Positions 43,784 through 54,981 are shown, counted from the first letter of the stretch. The stretch: DNA of 64,000 bases from Planktothrix sp. GU0601_MAG3 (GCA_035193785.1 CP136572.1:2612578-2676577); one strand, 5' to 3'. Numbers and translations are program-made. The notes: generated from the sequence alone by a model not told the origin.

Positions 43784-44197
43784 ATGATATCCCCATTAAC
43801 TATTTCGGAAGCTCAAGCTATTTTAAAGGGCTTTCTTTGTACAGATGTAATTTCCCCTGTTTCTGATCCAGAAAAGGCGAAGATTCAAGCAGCGTTATTA
43901 TTGCTTAACCGTGAATCTGAATATCAAATGATTGGTATTTGTGCTGACACCATGGCCGAGGCTTTAACCGCATTAAAGGATTATTTAAAAGCCTTTGAAT
44001 ATTCAATTAATTTGGAAGATCATGCCTTAGAATCCCTCTCGGAATCTGTCTATTTAAAATTCAATGGTCGCAGTCAAACTTTTTATGTCAGTCCCTATTT
44101 AGAAAAATATCGTGGGGTTTTAATTTCTTTTCAATCCACCGAAGAAAATGGAATTAATGGAGTATACGGGCATTTTCCTTTAGATTTATTTGTCTAA
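43784..44197 (+). CDS. DUF1824 family protein
   Basis: IGICAD, VYLKFNG, YRGVLIS, YGHFPLDLF. Confidence 0.85.
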   Translation: MISPLTISEAQAILKGFLCTDVISPVSDPEKAKIQAALLLLNRESEYQMIGICADTMAEALTALKDYLKAFEYSINLEDHALESLSESVYLKFNGRSQTFYVSPYLEKYRGVLISFQSTEENGINGVYGHFPLDLFV

Positions 44198-44328
44198 ATT
44201 AATATTCCCCATTCCCCATTCCCCATTCCCCATTCCCCGCCATATAACCACTGATAAAGTTCAAAATTCAAAATTTAAACTGTTTTAAACTTTGAACTTT
44301 GAACCTTAATTCTATCAAGCATCAACCC

Positions 44329-45790
44329 TTAAACCATCGCACCAGCAGAGGGTTGAGGGGGTTGAGGGGGTTGGGGAGGTGCGGGTGGGGGTGCGGGTTC
44401 ATTAGAAACACCGCCATAACTATCCATTACATTGTTGTAAAGTTGGATATACTCTCTAGCGGAATTTTCCCAACTAAAGTTTTGACTCATCGCCCGACGT
44501 TGTAGTTCTCGCCATTGATCTTTAAACCGGAAAGCTTCGGACGCCCGAAACCATTGAGGTATAAAAATCTAGGGGTTCATAGCGATCAAAACAGTATCCC
44601 GTACCCTGATAATTAATCGGGTCATTATAGGATACCGTATCGACTAAACCGCCCGTCCGTCGAACAATTGGAATACAACCATAACGCATCGCCAACATTT
44701 GACTAATGCCGCAGGGTTCAAACCGACTCGGCATAATAAAGGCATCACAACCCGCATAAATCCGCCTCGATAGGGCATCATTAAACAATAATTGTGTCGT
44801 CATCCGACCCGGATAACGGGAAGCCATGTGCCATAATTGGGTTTCATAATAGCGATCGCCCGTCCCTAAAACAATCAATTGACAATCGCTATAAGATAAG
44901 AATTGATCCATAATTTGTATTACCAGATCAATCCCTTTCTGATCGACTAATCGGGTAACCATCCCCATTAAAAAAGTATTAGAATTAACTTCTAATCCCA
45001 CTTCTTCTTGAATGGCGACTTTATTGGCGCGGCGATTTTCCAAACTATCCGCCGTAAACCGTTCTGGAATATAAGGGTCAGTCGCTGGGTTATAGGAATT
45101 CGTGTCAATTCCATTTAAAATTCCCGTCATTTTACCACTGACAAAGGAAAGTAACCCCTCTAAATTTTCCCCATAGGCTGCGGTTTGAATTTGTTCAGCA
45201 TAGGTCGGTGAAACCGTTGTTACTCGATCCGCCGCTTGTACCGCCGCCGCCATGGTATTGTGACCCTGCATATACCAAGGACACCAAGTAATTCGTTCCA
45301 AATACCAACGCCAAGGCCCTTGATATGCTAAATTATGAATAGTGAAAACTGTGGCAATATCCGGTGTTTCTTGCATCCAGACAGGGATCATTCCGGTGTG
45401 CCAGTCGTGGCAGTGAATGATATGGGGTTTCCAATAATTCCACGCAAACTCCGCCGCACCACTAGAAAATAAGGTGAACCGCCACTCCTCATCCTCTCCG
45501 TAATAAACGCGACGAGGCATGAAAGAGGGATGCCCAAATAAATATAATGGCACATCGGTTTTTGGAAATACCGTTTCAAAGACAGCGAAACGCTGATACA
45601 TGGCATTTCCCCACCAGATCGGGTCTTTTGGGACTTTGATCTTATCGGCGAGAAAGCCATAATAGGGCATAAAGATGCGCACATCGTGTCCCATTGCTCG
45701 CAACACCTGCGGCAATGCACCGACCACATCTCCCATCCCACCTACTTTTGCTAAAGGTGCCGCTTCTGCGGCGACAAATAGAATTCGCAT
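44329..45790 (-). CDS. glgA: Glycogen synthase; apparent frameshift at 44547-44551
   Basis: [32 protein letters not shown]; repaired C-terminus ...[12 protein letters not shown]...[10 protein letters not shown]. Confidence 0.96.
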
Positions 45791-46028
45791 TTTGATTTTG
45801 CGTTCCCTTAGTTGCTCCGTAACGTCATCATACCTCTGGTGGGCGTACTATTGAAACGCTTTAATCTAGTTTCGATGAATTAGCGATCTAGGTTAATCGA
45901 AAAGGTAATGCTCACTTCAAAAGAATTTCAAAATAATATTGTATGTTGCAGTCAGCAACGGATTTTACCGAAATCTACTGAATTAATGCTGTAGTTAGAG
46001 GTTCGGTTATCAGTGCCTTTCGCGGGAG

Positions 46029-46593
46029 ATGCAAAAAATGCTTGATCAACTGCTCAATTCTATTTCATCTTGGAATAGGTTTTGTCGCCCACTTTCCTCC
46101 CTGACCGCTACTTTGGTCTTAACTATGGTGGTAGGTTTTGGGGGAGTCGCCTCGGCGAACACCGTCCTAGTTTCACAAAGTCCTAGGAATGCTGATTCAG
46201 AAACCGCCGTTGTCCAACGTCATTTTCTCGCCGATGGGGTTTACCTCTATGGTGAATCTCCTCAACCGGAAACAAATGGGACAATCTTATCTGGTGTTTG
46301 AAGTCAAGCAAGGTCAAGTAACTGGGGCGTTTTATATGCCGCGCTCGTCCTTTGACTGTTTTACTGGAGTTCCTGAAGGCAATTATCTGAGTTTAAAGAT
46401 TATCGAAAGTTATACCCGAGAAACCCATTCCTATCAAATTGGTTTGAATAATACTGCTGTTGTAGCAACAAATGGGGGGCAAATTGGCGAAGATAATTTG
46501 GTTTTAGAAGGGTTTCATCGTCTTCCTAACGTTAGTGAAAATGATACTCGGATTCTGAATCAGTGTAAAGCTGATCTGAATTCCAGGCTTTAG
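46029..46593 (+). CDS. Secreted cyanobacterial hypothetical protein; apparent frameshift at 46269-46273
   Basis: Signal peptide; repaired DGVYLYGESPQPEQMGQSYLVFE...GAFYMPRSSFDCF. Confidence 0.7.
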
Positions 46594-46610
46594 CTGAAAC
46601 AGCCTTAAAC

Positions 46611-47555
46611 TTAAGGTTTCTGTTTTTCTCGGTAAACTCGAATTAATTCTGCTCCAATACTAATGGCGATTTCTTCGGGAGTCAATGCTCCAATTTCTAA
46701 TCCAATCGGAGCATGGATTTTTTCGAGTTGGTGGGGAGAAATACCAGAATCCTGTAAATCTTGGTAAACCCAGTTAATTCTTTTTTTGCTACCAATCATT
46801 CCAATATATTGATAGGGTAAATTTAGATTTAAAATCACCTTTAACGCTTCAATATCATAGATATATCCTCGATTTACCAGGGCAATATATAGGTTTTCAT
46901 GGGGTGTTAATTGTTCTAAAACACTGATGACGCTTTGATTGAAAATTTGAACCCGGGGAGGAAATCGTTCGGGATGGGTCAACTCAGTCCGAGAGTCTTG
47001 AATTATAATTTTAAAGCCAATAAAATCAGCTATTTGAGATAACTTTTCTCCGACGTGACCCGCGCCTATAATTAATAAGGTTGGCGAAGGTTTTAAGGTT
47101 TCTATAAAGGTCTGATCAGAGTTTGAAATTGGGGAGTTTTCCGATAGTAAATAGGGAAAAGTTTTATCAAAATAAGTTACAAGGATAACAGATTTTCCCG
47201 TTTCTAAATTCTGTAAAATTTTTTCTGTTAATGCGATCGCTTTTTTCCCTGACCATCTTTCTAATAATACCTGCATTAACCCCCCACAAACCCCTTGGGT
47301 TTCGTGTTCAGGAGTACCGGATAGATCAATTTCAACTAATTGCTTGTTTCCGGTTTTTAAAACTTCCCCAGCCTGCTGAATAACTTTAAATTCTCCCGCG
47401 CCTCCTCCAATGGTATCAAAAGTTCGACCATCGGCACAAATGATCATTTTAGCACCCATTTCTCTAGGGACTGAACCCTTAACCCGGGTGACAGTTGCCA
47501 CCACCACATCTCCTTGATTTAAAACTTGAATAAGTTGTTGGTAGAATCGAATCAT
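46611..47555 (-). CDS. xdhC: Xanthine dehydrogenase accessory protein (XdhC/CoxI)
   Basis: GSVPREMGAKM, TIGGG, GVCGG, YIGMIGS, APIGLEIGALTPEEIAISI. Confidence 0.9.
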   Translation of the reverse strand: MIRFYQQLIQVLNQGDVVVATVTRVKGSVPREMGAKMIICADGRTFDTIGGGAGEFKVIQQAGEVLKTGNKQLVEIDLSGTPEHETQGVCGGLMQVLLERWSGKKAIALTEKILQNLETGKSVILVTYFDKTFPYLLSENSPISNSDQTFIETLKPSPTLLIIGAGHVGEKLSQIADFIGFKIIIQDSRTELTHPERFPPRVQIFNQSVISVLEQLTPHENLYIALVNRGYIYDIEALKVILNLNLPYQYIGMIGSKKRINWVYQDLQDSGISPHQLEKIHAPIGLEIGALTPEEIAISIGAELIRVYREKQKP

Positions 47556-47650
47556 TATAACACAAAAAGGGCAAGTAATCAATAGAAAACTGAATTAATA
47601 ACTAATATAAAATTCTGAAATTGATGCTTAATAATTTTCCTAAACCCCGC

Positions 47651-47678
47651 GTAGAGACGTGCCATGGCGCGTCTCTAC
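47651..47678. repeat. GTAG-type REP hairpin
   Basis: GTAGAGACGTGCCATGGCGCGTCTCTAC; second copy at 62377-62403. Confidence 0.8.
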
Positions 47679-47750
47679 ACAATACGGATGCGTAGCAAAT
47701 ATTTGATGATTTCATATAAGATTAATCACAGATAAAATAAAGGATAATTT

Positions 47751-50048
47751 TCAGGTAAATTGTACCTGTTCAATAGCGTTTAAAATAGCCTCTGGGGTAG
47801 CAGGAGAAGCTAAAAAAACCGCATCCGTTTGACCAAAGGCTGCGATCGCTTCTTTAATGGCTTCCCTGACAGATATTGCTAACATGAAAGGCGGTTCTCC
47901 CACCGCTTTACTACCATAAATTACCCCATCCTGTGCCGCCCGTTGTAATAAATGAACCTTAAAATTTTTAGGTATTTCTTTAATTGTCGGAATTTTATAG
48001 GTACTAGGGGCAAAAGTTTTCAGTCTTCCTGAGTCATCCCAAATCAATTCTTCCATGGTTAACCATCCCATTCCCTGGACAAAACCTCCTTCTATTTGTC
48101 CGATATCAATTAAAGGATTTAGGGACTCTCCCACATCATGCACAATATCCACTTGGCGCAATTTAAAAGTCCCTGTAAATCCATCTATTTCTACTTCACT
48201 TACCGCCGCCCCATAGGCATAATAATAGAAAGGTCTACCCTTACCTATTTTGGGATCATAGTAAATATTAGGGGTGCGATAATAGCCCGTTGTTGACAAA
48301 CTTACCCGTTGATTATAGGCTTGTTTAACAACCTGATTAAACTCTATTTTTTGACTAGGATAACTTTGACAATAAATCCAATCCTCAGCAAAAATTAACT
48401 CTTGAGGTTCATCCATATTTAACAATTTTGCCGCGACTTTTGATAATCGTTTTTTGAGGATTTCGCAGGCATTTTTAATCGCTTGACCATTCAAGTCAGA
48501 ACCACTAGAAGCAGCCGTAGCAGAGGTATTGGGAACTTTATCCGTACTTGTGGGCATAATTCTAAACCGTTCAATATTCACCCCTAATGCTTGGGAAGCA
48601 ACCTGCAACATTTTCGTTTGTAAACCCTGACCCATTTCCGTCCCGCCATGATTAATTTGAATACTCCCATCTAGGTAAATTAAAATCAAAGCTCCTGCTT
48701 GATTATATTCGGTTTTGGTAAAAGAAATTCCAAATTTAACCGGAGTAATTGCCAACCCGCGTTTTTGATAATTATTATTTTGATTAAATTGTGCTATTTC
48801 TATTTTTCTCTGGGCAAAATTTGATTTTAGTTTAACTTCCTCCCAAACTCGCAAAATCCGATTATCAAAAATTTCTTGACCATAATGGGTAGTATTTGTT
48901 TCTGCTTCTCCGTGATAAAAATTATGTTCCCTAACCAATTCGGTTGGTAAGCCTAATTTACGCGCTATTCTCCCTATTATTTCTTCAATAATAGCCATTC
49001 CTTGCGGCCCACCAAACCCCCGAAAAGCCGTATTAGAAACTTTATTAGTTTTTAGGACTTGACCTCTAATTTCTAAGTTAGGAATATAATAACAATTATC
49101 GAGATGAAACATCGCCCGTTGTAAAATAGGGAAGGATAAATCCGCACTCCAACCGCCATCGGAATATAAATCAATATCCAGGGCTAAAAGTTGACCTTTT
49201 GAGTTAAATCCTACTTGATATTGACCGAAAAAAGGATGGCGTTTTCCAGTTATGATCATATCTTGATCTCGTTTGAGTCGAACTCGCGCCGGACATCCGG
49301 TTTTTTGAGCAGCTAAAGCGGCTATAGCTGCGGTAGGATTAGCTTGGGTTTCTTTCCCTCCAAACCCTCCTCCCATGCGTAAACAAGTGACCACAATTTG
49401 ATTTCTAGGAATACCTAAAACCTCTGAAATAATCGCTTGAGTTTCACTCGGATGTTGAGTAGAGGAATAGACTTGATAATTGTCTTCCATATTGGGAATA
49501 ACCCAACTAACTTGAGTTTCTAAATAAAAATGATCTTGACCTGGAATTTCAATCTCTCCAGTTAAAATAAATTCAGATTCCTGTAAAGCATTAGTGATAT
49601 TTCCCCGACGCATAATATTTTTATCGGCGTGAACACTATTATTTTTAATTGCATCTTTAATTGTTAAAATCGGGGTTAAGACTTCATAGTCAATTTTTAT
49701 ACTTTTGGCTGCTTTTTGGGCTATATTTTCCGTTTCTGCAACTATCCAAACCACAGGTTGACCCCAATAATTAATTTCATCCGCAGGTAATAGGACTTCA
49801 TCGTGTTTAATGGTTCCGGTGTTATTATTGCCTTTAATATCATTAGCTGTTAAAATAGTAACAAACCCCGGAATATTATCTAAATTTGAACTATCAATTT
49901 TTAGGATTTTTGCTTTAGCATAGGGGGATAATATCGGCCATAAATATAACATTCCGTTGGGTAATCTTTGGTCATCGGTATAAATCGCTTTTCCCGTAAC
50001 ATGACTAACAGCACTTTCATGGGGTTTAGATTTATTATTTTCTTTCAT
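47751..50048 (-). CDS. xdhB: Xanthine dehydrogenase molybdopterin-binding subunit
   Basis: QDHFYLE, RMGGGFGGKE, TAFRGFGGPQG, GTEMGQGL, SKAVGEPP. Confidence 0.95.
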   Translation of the reverse strand: MKENNKSKPHESAVSHVTGKAIYTDDQRLPNGMLYLWPILSPYAKAKILKIDSSNLDNIPGFVTILTANDIKGNNNTGTIKHDEVLLPADEINYWGQPVVWIVAETENIAQKAAKSIKIDYEVLTPILTIKDAIKNNSVHADKNIMRRGNITNALQESEFILTGEIEIPGQDHFYLETQVSWVIPNMEDNYQVYSSTQHPSETQAIISEVLGIPRNQIVVTCLRMGGGFGGKETQANPTAAIAALAAQKTGCPARVRLKRDQDMIITGKRHPFFGQYQVGFNSKGQLLALDIDLYSDGGWSADLSFPILQRAMFHLDNCYYIPNLEIRGQVLKTNKVSNTAFRGFGGPQGMAIIEEIIGRIARKLGLPTELVREHNFYHGEAETNTTHYGQEIFDNRILRVWEEVKLKSNFAQRKIEIAQFNQNNNYQKRGLAITPVKFGISFTKTEYNQAGALILIYLDGSIQINHGGTEMGQGLQTKMLQVASQALGVNIERFRIMPTSTDKVPNTSATAASSGSDLNGQAIKNACEILKKRLSKVAAKLLNMDEPQELIFAEDWIYCQSYPSQKIEFNQVVKQAYNQRVSLSTTGYYRTPNIYYDPKIGKGRPFYYYAYGAAVSEVEIDGFTGTFKLRQVDIVHDVGESLNPLIDIGQIEGGFVQGMGWLTMEELIWDDSGRLKTFAPSTYKIPTIKEIPKNFKVHLLQRAAQDGVIYGSKAVGEPPFMLAISVREAIKEAIAAFGQTDAVFLASPATPEAILNAIEQVQFT

Positions 50049-50065
50049 ATTTTTATCCTTAGATT

Positions 50066-50156
50066 AGTTGTTGCGCGTTGTTGCGCTTTAGCGCAATCTT
50101 TACTCATCCCAATTCGTTGCTTCAGCCCACCAAGAGAGGCTAAAGCCCAACAACGT
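50066..50156. repeat. CGTTGTTGCGCTTTAGC-family palindromic repeat
   Basis: GTTGTTGCGCTTTAGC...GCTAAAGCCCAACAACG; related copy at 54926-54972. Confidence 0.7.
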
Positions 50157-50157
50157 T

Positions 50158-51558
50158 TTATCGGGTAGAAAACTCTAGGAAAAACTTTTCAAACAAATTA
50201 GCAACTAATCGTTTTCTATAACTAGCACTTCCCCGTAAATCCGTCAAGGGATTAAAAACATCTTTTAACATAATTTTAGCTTGTTGAATAGTTGCCAAAT
50301 TCCAAGGTTTTCCGATTAACATAGTTTCAATATTAATCGCCCTCATGGGAATTGCTGCTACTCCACCATAGGCGAGTCTAGCATAAATAATTGTATTATT
50401 TGTATCCAAATCAATCGTAAAGGCTGCGGAAACAATACTAATATCATCAGTCCCCCGTTTTCCGACTTTATAAGATTGACTAAAACGCCTAATAGCATTT
50501 TTAGTAATGGTTTTAGGAATAATAATTGAAACAATTACTTCTTGGGGTTGTAATTGGGTTTGACGATAACCTTGAAAAAAATCAGTAATAGCAATAATTC
50601 GTTCTCCGGTTAAACTTGCTAACCGTATTTGACCATCCAAAGATAATAAAACCGGGGCTAAATCTCCAATAGGAGATGCGGTGGCAATGTTACCTCCAAT
50701 AGTAGCACGATTGCGAATTTGTTTACCCGCAAACCAAACTAACATTTCATCTAAACTCGGAAATATTCCCCTTAATTGTGCTTGAATATAACTCAAAGGA
50801 ATAGCCGCGCCAATTTCTACTGTATCTGAATTGTGTTGAATTTGCTGAAGTTCTGCAACAGATTCTAAAGAAATTAGGGTAGGAAATTCTTGGCGATGAT
50901 GACTAATTTCTAAGCCTAAATCCGTTCCTCCTGCGATTAATTTAGCCTGGGGATATTGTTGTAAAAGATTTAACACTTTTGAGAGTTGAATCGGGCGGAA
51001 AAACTGTTGACAAGGAGTAATATAACTGATAGAATTAAGCTGTAGATTAATTTGTTGTAAACGGTGACTAAATTGATCGGAAGCCTGGGCATTATTAACC
51101 GCTTCGGCGGCTTTAATAATCGGTAAATAACCCGTACATCGACATAAATTCCCTTCTAAAGATTCATCATCAACCTGACCGTTATAATACGCAGCAAATA
51201 AACTCAGAATAAACCCCGGGGTACAATAACCACATTGGGAACCCCCCAAACTAACCATTGCTTCCTGTACCGGATGCAGACCGTCTTTCCCCACACCTTC
51301 AACGGTAATAATTTCCCGCCCCGCCATCGTTGCTAAGGGAATTAAACAACTATTCATTGCTAGATATTGGGGTTGTCCGTCCGCCCCCTGACCCACAACT
51401 GCAACGGTACAAGCTCCACAGTCCCCATCCCCGCAACCTTCTTTTGTTCCAACCCGTCCACTACTTCGCAAATATTCTAATAGGGTCAGGGTGGGAGAAA
51501 CATCTTGGATATCAATTTTTTGACTATTAATTGTTAGGCTAAAGGTATTATTTTGCAT
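50158..51558 (-). CDS. xdhA: Xanthine dehydrogenase small (2Fe-2S/FAD) subunit
   Basis: GTKEGCGDGDCGACT, QCGYCTPG, GNLCRCTGY, IRNRATIGGN. Confidence 0.95.
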   Translation of the reverse strand: MQNNTFSLTINSQKIDIQDVSPTLTLLEYLRSSGRVGTKEGCGDGDCGACTVAVVGQGADGQPQYLAMNSCLIPLATMAGREIITVEGVGKDGLHPVQEAMVSLGGSQCGYCTPGFILSLFAAYYNGQVDDESLEGNLCRCTGYLPIIKAAEAVNNAQASDQFSHRLQQINLQLNSISYITPCQQFFRPIQLSKVLNLLQQYPQAKLIAGGTDLGLEISHHRQEFPTLISLESVAELQQIQHNSDTVEIGAAIPLSYIQAQLRGIFPSLDEMLVWFAGKQIRNRATIGGNIATASPIGDLAPVLLSLDGQIRLASLTGERIIAITDFFQGYRQTQLQPQEVIVSIIIPKTITKNAIRRFSQSYKVGKRGTDDISIVSAAFTIDLDTNNTIIYARLAYGGVAAIPMRAINIETMLIGKPWNLATIQQAKIMLKDVFNPLTDLRGSASYRKRLVANLFEKFFLEFSTR

Positions 51559-51607
51559 AAGCTATAATCTTGATCATTATGAGTGTACAATTCATTTAGA
51601 CTTGCTA

Positions 51608-51751
51608 TATAGCAATACGCATTACAGTTAGAACACTTCTAATTTCCAAAACAAATTACCCATTACCCATTACCCATTACCCATTACCCATTACCCATTA
51701 CCCATTACCCATTACCCATTACCCATTACCCATTACCCATTCCCTGTTCCT
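51608..51751. repeat. TATAGCA element end plus (ATTACCC)n STRR array
   Basis: TATAGCAATACGCATTACAGTTAGAACAC followed by about 12 ATTACCC units. Confidence 0.85.
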
Positions 51752-52855
51752 CTATAATTTTAAAAATACTAAACCACTATATAAATGAAAGGCATTATCC
51801 CAAACACTTTCTGATTTTCGAGATAAATCAATATAGGGTTTAATCTTGCCTAAAAATTGAGTATAATCTAATGTGGTTTCGGCAAAAGGTGTGAACTCAG
51901 ACCAGAGTTGAGCATGAGTTAACAATAAATTTAACTGTTCTTTTAACAAATTCCAATGAATTCTATTAGTATTTTGGGAAGCGGGCACGGTTTCCTGGGA
52001 AAATTGAGTAAAATCAACTCCCTGTTTAAACTCATAATTTTGATCACAAATTCTTAAAATACAACCCCGTTTAGGCAAATGTAGATCACAAATTTGAGCA
52101 TAATCTTGAGTGACTTCTTTATGGCGAAATCGTTCGGATTTAGGACGGCGGGGATCATAATCTAAAGATTCCACAAATAATGGTAATAATCCCTCAACCC
52201 GTCGGGTTACTTCTTGCCAATTAAACGTTATCGAACCTAATTGCTCCTGTTCATTTTGACAAATAATAGTCGGTTGAGGTGATAAAGATTGAATTGATTG
52301 TATCTGAAATACATGGAGTTTTTGAATATCGGTTAAAGATACCCAAAATACTGGAATTCCCGCCTCTAACATTTCCTGACCATAAACCTTTAATTCCCCC
52401 ATTTCCCCAGTTTTATACAGACGCCAACCCCGACTTTGTAGCTGCATTCTGGCGGTATAGGGATCGGTTTTCAAAATTCGGGCTAGGGTTTGGGCGGCAA
52501 TTTGTTTTTTTTCTGGGGCTAAAGGTTCTAAAATTAAAACACCCAATTCTTGATTTGTCGGGTCAGTTTTAGCTTGAATAATTGCTTCTTGACGTCGATT
52601 TTGTTCAATGGTTTCAATTCTTTGTAAACCCTGACGCGCCTGGGCGACAATTTTAGGGTTAGTCGCATCTTTTAATAATTTACGATAAACCTTTTCGGCG
52701 GTTTCTAATTTATCCGTCCCCTCATACCAACGCCCAGCATACAACTGTACCCAAAAATTCTGGGGCTCTTGTTTTTGCAGTTGCTTGAGGAGTTTGGCGG
52801 CTTGGCGGTAGTCCTGACGGTCTAGGGCTTCCGCTATCTGTTCGAGTTCTTTCAT
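51752..52855 (-). CDS. TPR-containing conserved cyanobacterial protein
   Basis: N-terminal TPR-like helices (QDYRQAAKLLKQL...AEKVYRKLL); ATG at 52855. Confidence 0.75.
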   Translation of the reverse strand: MKELEQIAEALDRQDYRQAAKLLKQLQKQEPQNFWVQLYAGRWYEGTDKLETAEKVYRKLLKDATNPKIVAQARQGLQRIETIEQNRRQEAIIQAKTDPTNQELGVLILEPLAPEKKQIAAQTLARILKTDPYTARMQLQSRGWRLYKTGEMGELKVYGQEMLEAGIPVFWVSLTDIQKLHVFQIQSIQSLSPQPTIICQNEQEQLGSITFNWQEVTRRVEGLLPLFVESLDYDPRRPKSERFRHKEVTQDYAQICDLHLPKRGCILRICDQNYEFKQGVDFTQFSQETVPASQNTNRIHWNLLKEQLNLLLTHAQLWSEFTPFAETTLDYTQFLGKIKPYIDLSRKSESVWDNAFHLYSGLVFLKL

Positions 52856-52904
52856 GCTTTTACCTCTTGCCCTAATATTATTGTGCCATTTCTTTTTAAA
52901 TAAA

Positions 52905-52941
52905 ATCACCTCCCCGTAATCAACAGGAAGGTGAAAAAAAA
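52905..52941 (-). terminator. Intrinsic terminator
   Basis: TCACCTCCC..GGAAGGTGA stem flanked by A-runs, just past the stop at 52961. Confidence 0.6.
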
Positions 52942-52960
52942 TAAGGATGGTTAAATCAAC

Positions 52961-53489
52961 TTATTTGGGGCAAACGGAAATATTATTAGCGTTAAGAACA
53001 ACTGTTCCAGCGCTTTGCTGTTGAATTAACACGGGGTTGCCTGTGTCGGTTTTGATGATTAAAGGACTTAAAGCCAGACATCCTTGAACCAGTTTCGCCC
53101 CATTCTTCAACTTTGCGGGTATATTCAGCCCGAATCCGAGGAATATCATCTAAGGTAATACCATTGGGGATCGGAGGTAAGTTAGGGATAAACACCGTAT
53201 CGGTAATTACTGCATCACTGGTGATGCTGTCATCAGTCCCTAAGTCATACATAATCGGAAACTTGAAAGCCGCAGGTAGGGTTCTATCCGGGTAAGCCAG
53301 GTCGGGTAAACTGTAATAAATCGGGGGGTCAACCCGTCCCAGATCAGGATCTTTGGGTTGATATTTATAGTCAAAGTCAGAGGGAACTACAGGTGTCCCA
53401 ATAGGATTTTGAGCGACAGCAGGTAACTGTGAAGCTACTGCGATCAGGGCGCATAGGCCACCAATCAGTTTAGAATTCATCGTTTTCAT
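52961..53489 (-). CDS. Secreted Pro-rich hypothetical protein; apparent frameshift at 53092-53096
   Basis: GAGGAG RBS, signal peptide MKTMNSKLIGGLCALIAVASQLPAVA; repaired WGELVQGC...NISVCPK. Confidence 0.65.
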
Positions 53490-53583
53490 CTCCTCAATCT
53501 CACCAACGTAAAAATTAACGAACTCTGGATGTAAGGTTGATTCTGGTGTGATCAACATTACCGCCACTCGGCTTTACAGAACT

Positions 53584-53886
53584 TTGACATCCTCCCCGCC
53601 GTAAACGGACGGGGATTCCTCACCACGCCACCTTTTTAGGATGGTCGCCGAATGGGGTTGACGCTTCGCAGACCGTTGCTACTTTAAAAGTAGTCTTACA
53701 CTGTCTCCACGTCCGTTTTAAGTCTCGAAATGCCCTCCCGCGACTTGAGTTTAACCTCGTTCACTAAGATAGCCTATCTTAACCCATATTCAGAAAGGGT
53801 TTCTGTGATTGCCTTGAGTTCGAGCAGGTTTCTATCTTAGATTTTGATAGACCTACCTGGCAACTCTATCAAATTTTACTGTGTAT
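53584..53886 (-). mobile_element. Non-autonomous IS200/IS605 derivative carrying a TnpB omega-RNA-like right end
   Basis: Minus strand ends AGGAATCCCCGTCCGTTTACGGCGGGGAGGATGTCAA; left hairpin TTTGATAGA..TCTATCAAA; preceded by TTGAT (53891-53887); no transposase ORF. Confidence 0.78.
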
Positions 53887-53948
53887 ATCAAGGGAAAGGG
53901 GCTTGGGTTAGAATAGCAAAGGACTATCAGAACTGGAACAGAACTTTA

Positions 53949-54878
53949 ATGGATGGGTCTGAAGGTGTAACAATTCCCTTACCGCCAGAGGGATATAAGT
54001 CGGGGTTTGTCGGAATTATTGGTCGCCCGAATGTGGGGAAATCGACATTAATGAATCAGATGGTGGGTCAGAAAATCGCCATCACTTCCCCCGTGGCTCA
54101 AACGACGCGCAACCGTCTGCGGGGGATTCTGACCACGGATGAAGCTCAAATTATTTTTGTCGATACCCCCGGAATTCATAAACCCCATCATCAACTGGGT
54201 AAGGTGTTGGTACAAAATGCCAAGTCGGCGATTTCCTCCGTTGATGTTCTGTTGTTGGTGGTCGATGGGTCTGTGGAGGCTGGAGGCGGCGATCGCTATA
54301 TTATTGAGTTACTAGAACAAATCAAAATTCCGGTAATTCTGGGCATGAATAAACTGGATCAACAACCGGAGGATACGGTGATTATTGACCGGAGTTATGG
54401 TCAACTAGCCCAACCATACAACTGGCCCGTGTTCAAGTTTTCAGCATTAACCGGGGAAGGTGTCAATGAATTGCAACAATTATTAATAGATCGTTTAGAT
54501 CCCGGCCCCTATTATTATCCGCCGGATTTAGTTACCGATCAACCGGAACGCTTCATTATTGGGGAACTAATTCGAGAACAGATTTTACTCAACACCCGGG
54601 AAGAAGTCCCCCATTCCGTTGCCATTTCCGTTGACCGGGTGGAGGAAGACCCGAAAATTACTCGGATTTTATCCACAATTTATGTGGAGCGCCCTTCCCA
54701 AAAAGGGATTTTAATTGGCCATCAAGGAAGTATGTTGAAAACCATTGGCAGTGATGCCCGCCAACAAATTCAAAAGTTGATTGATGGTAAGGTCTATTTG
54801 GAGTTATTTGTCAAGGTGCAACCTAAATGGCGTCAGTCCCGCACTCAGTTGGCGGATTTGGGTTATCAAGTTGAATAG
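53949..54878 (+). CDS. era: GTPase Era
   Basis: GRPNVGKST, QTTRN, DTPG, NKLD; KH domain REEVPHS. Confidence 0.97.
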   Translation: MDGSEGVTIPLPPEGYKSGFVGIIGRPNVGKSTLMNQMVGQKIAITSPVAQTTRNRLRGILTTDEAQIIFVDTPGIHKPHHQLGKVLVQNAKSAISSVDVLLLVVDGSVEAGGGDRYIIELLEQIKIPVILGMNKLDQQPEDTVIIDRSYGQLAQPYNWPVFKFSALTGEGVNELQQLLIDRLDPGPYYYPPDLVTDQPERFIIGELIREQILLNTREEVPHSVAISVDRVEEDPKITRILSTIYVERPSQKGILIGHQGSMLKTIGSDARQQIQKLIDGKVYLELFVKVQPKWRQSRTQLADLGYQVE

Positions 54879-54981
54879 GAGTTTCTAGGGAATGGGTCAA
54901 CTTGATTGGCACAGATCAGCCAATTTGTTATTGAGCTTTAGCCCCTAGAAGGAGTGCTAAAGCGCAACAACGTGGCTGAGT

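Noticed and set aside
53844..53948. N-terminal extension of Era in the ORF track
   Set aside because: The TTG start falls inside the IS605-derived element; ATG at 53949 gives a normal-length Era.
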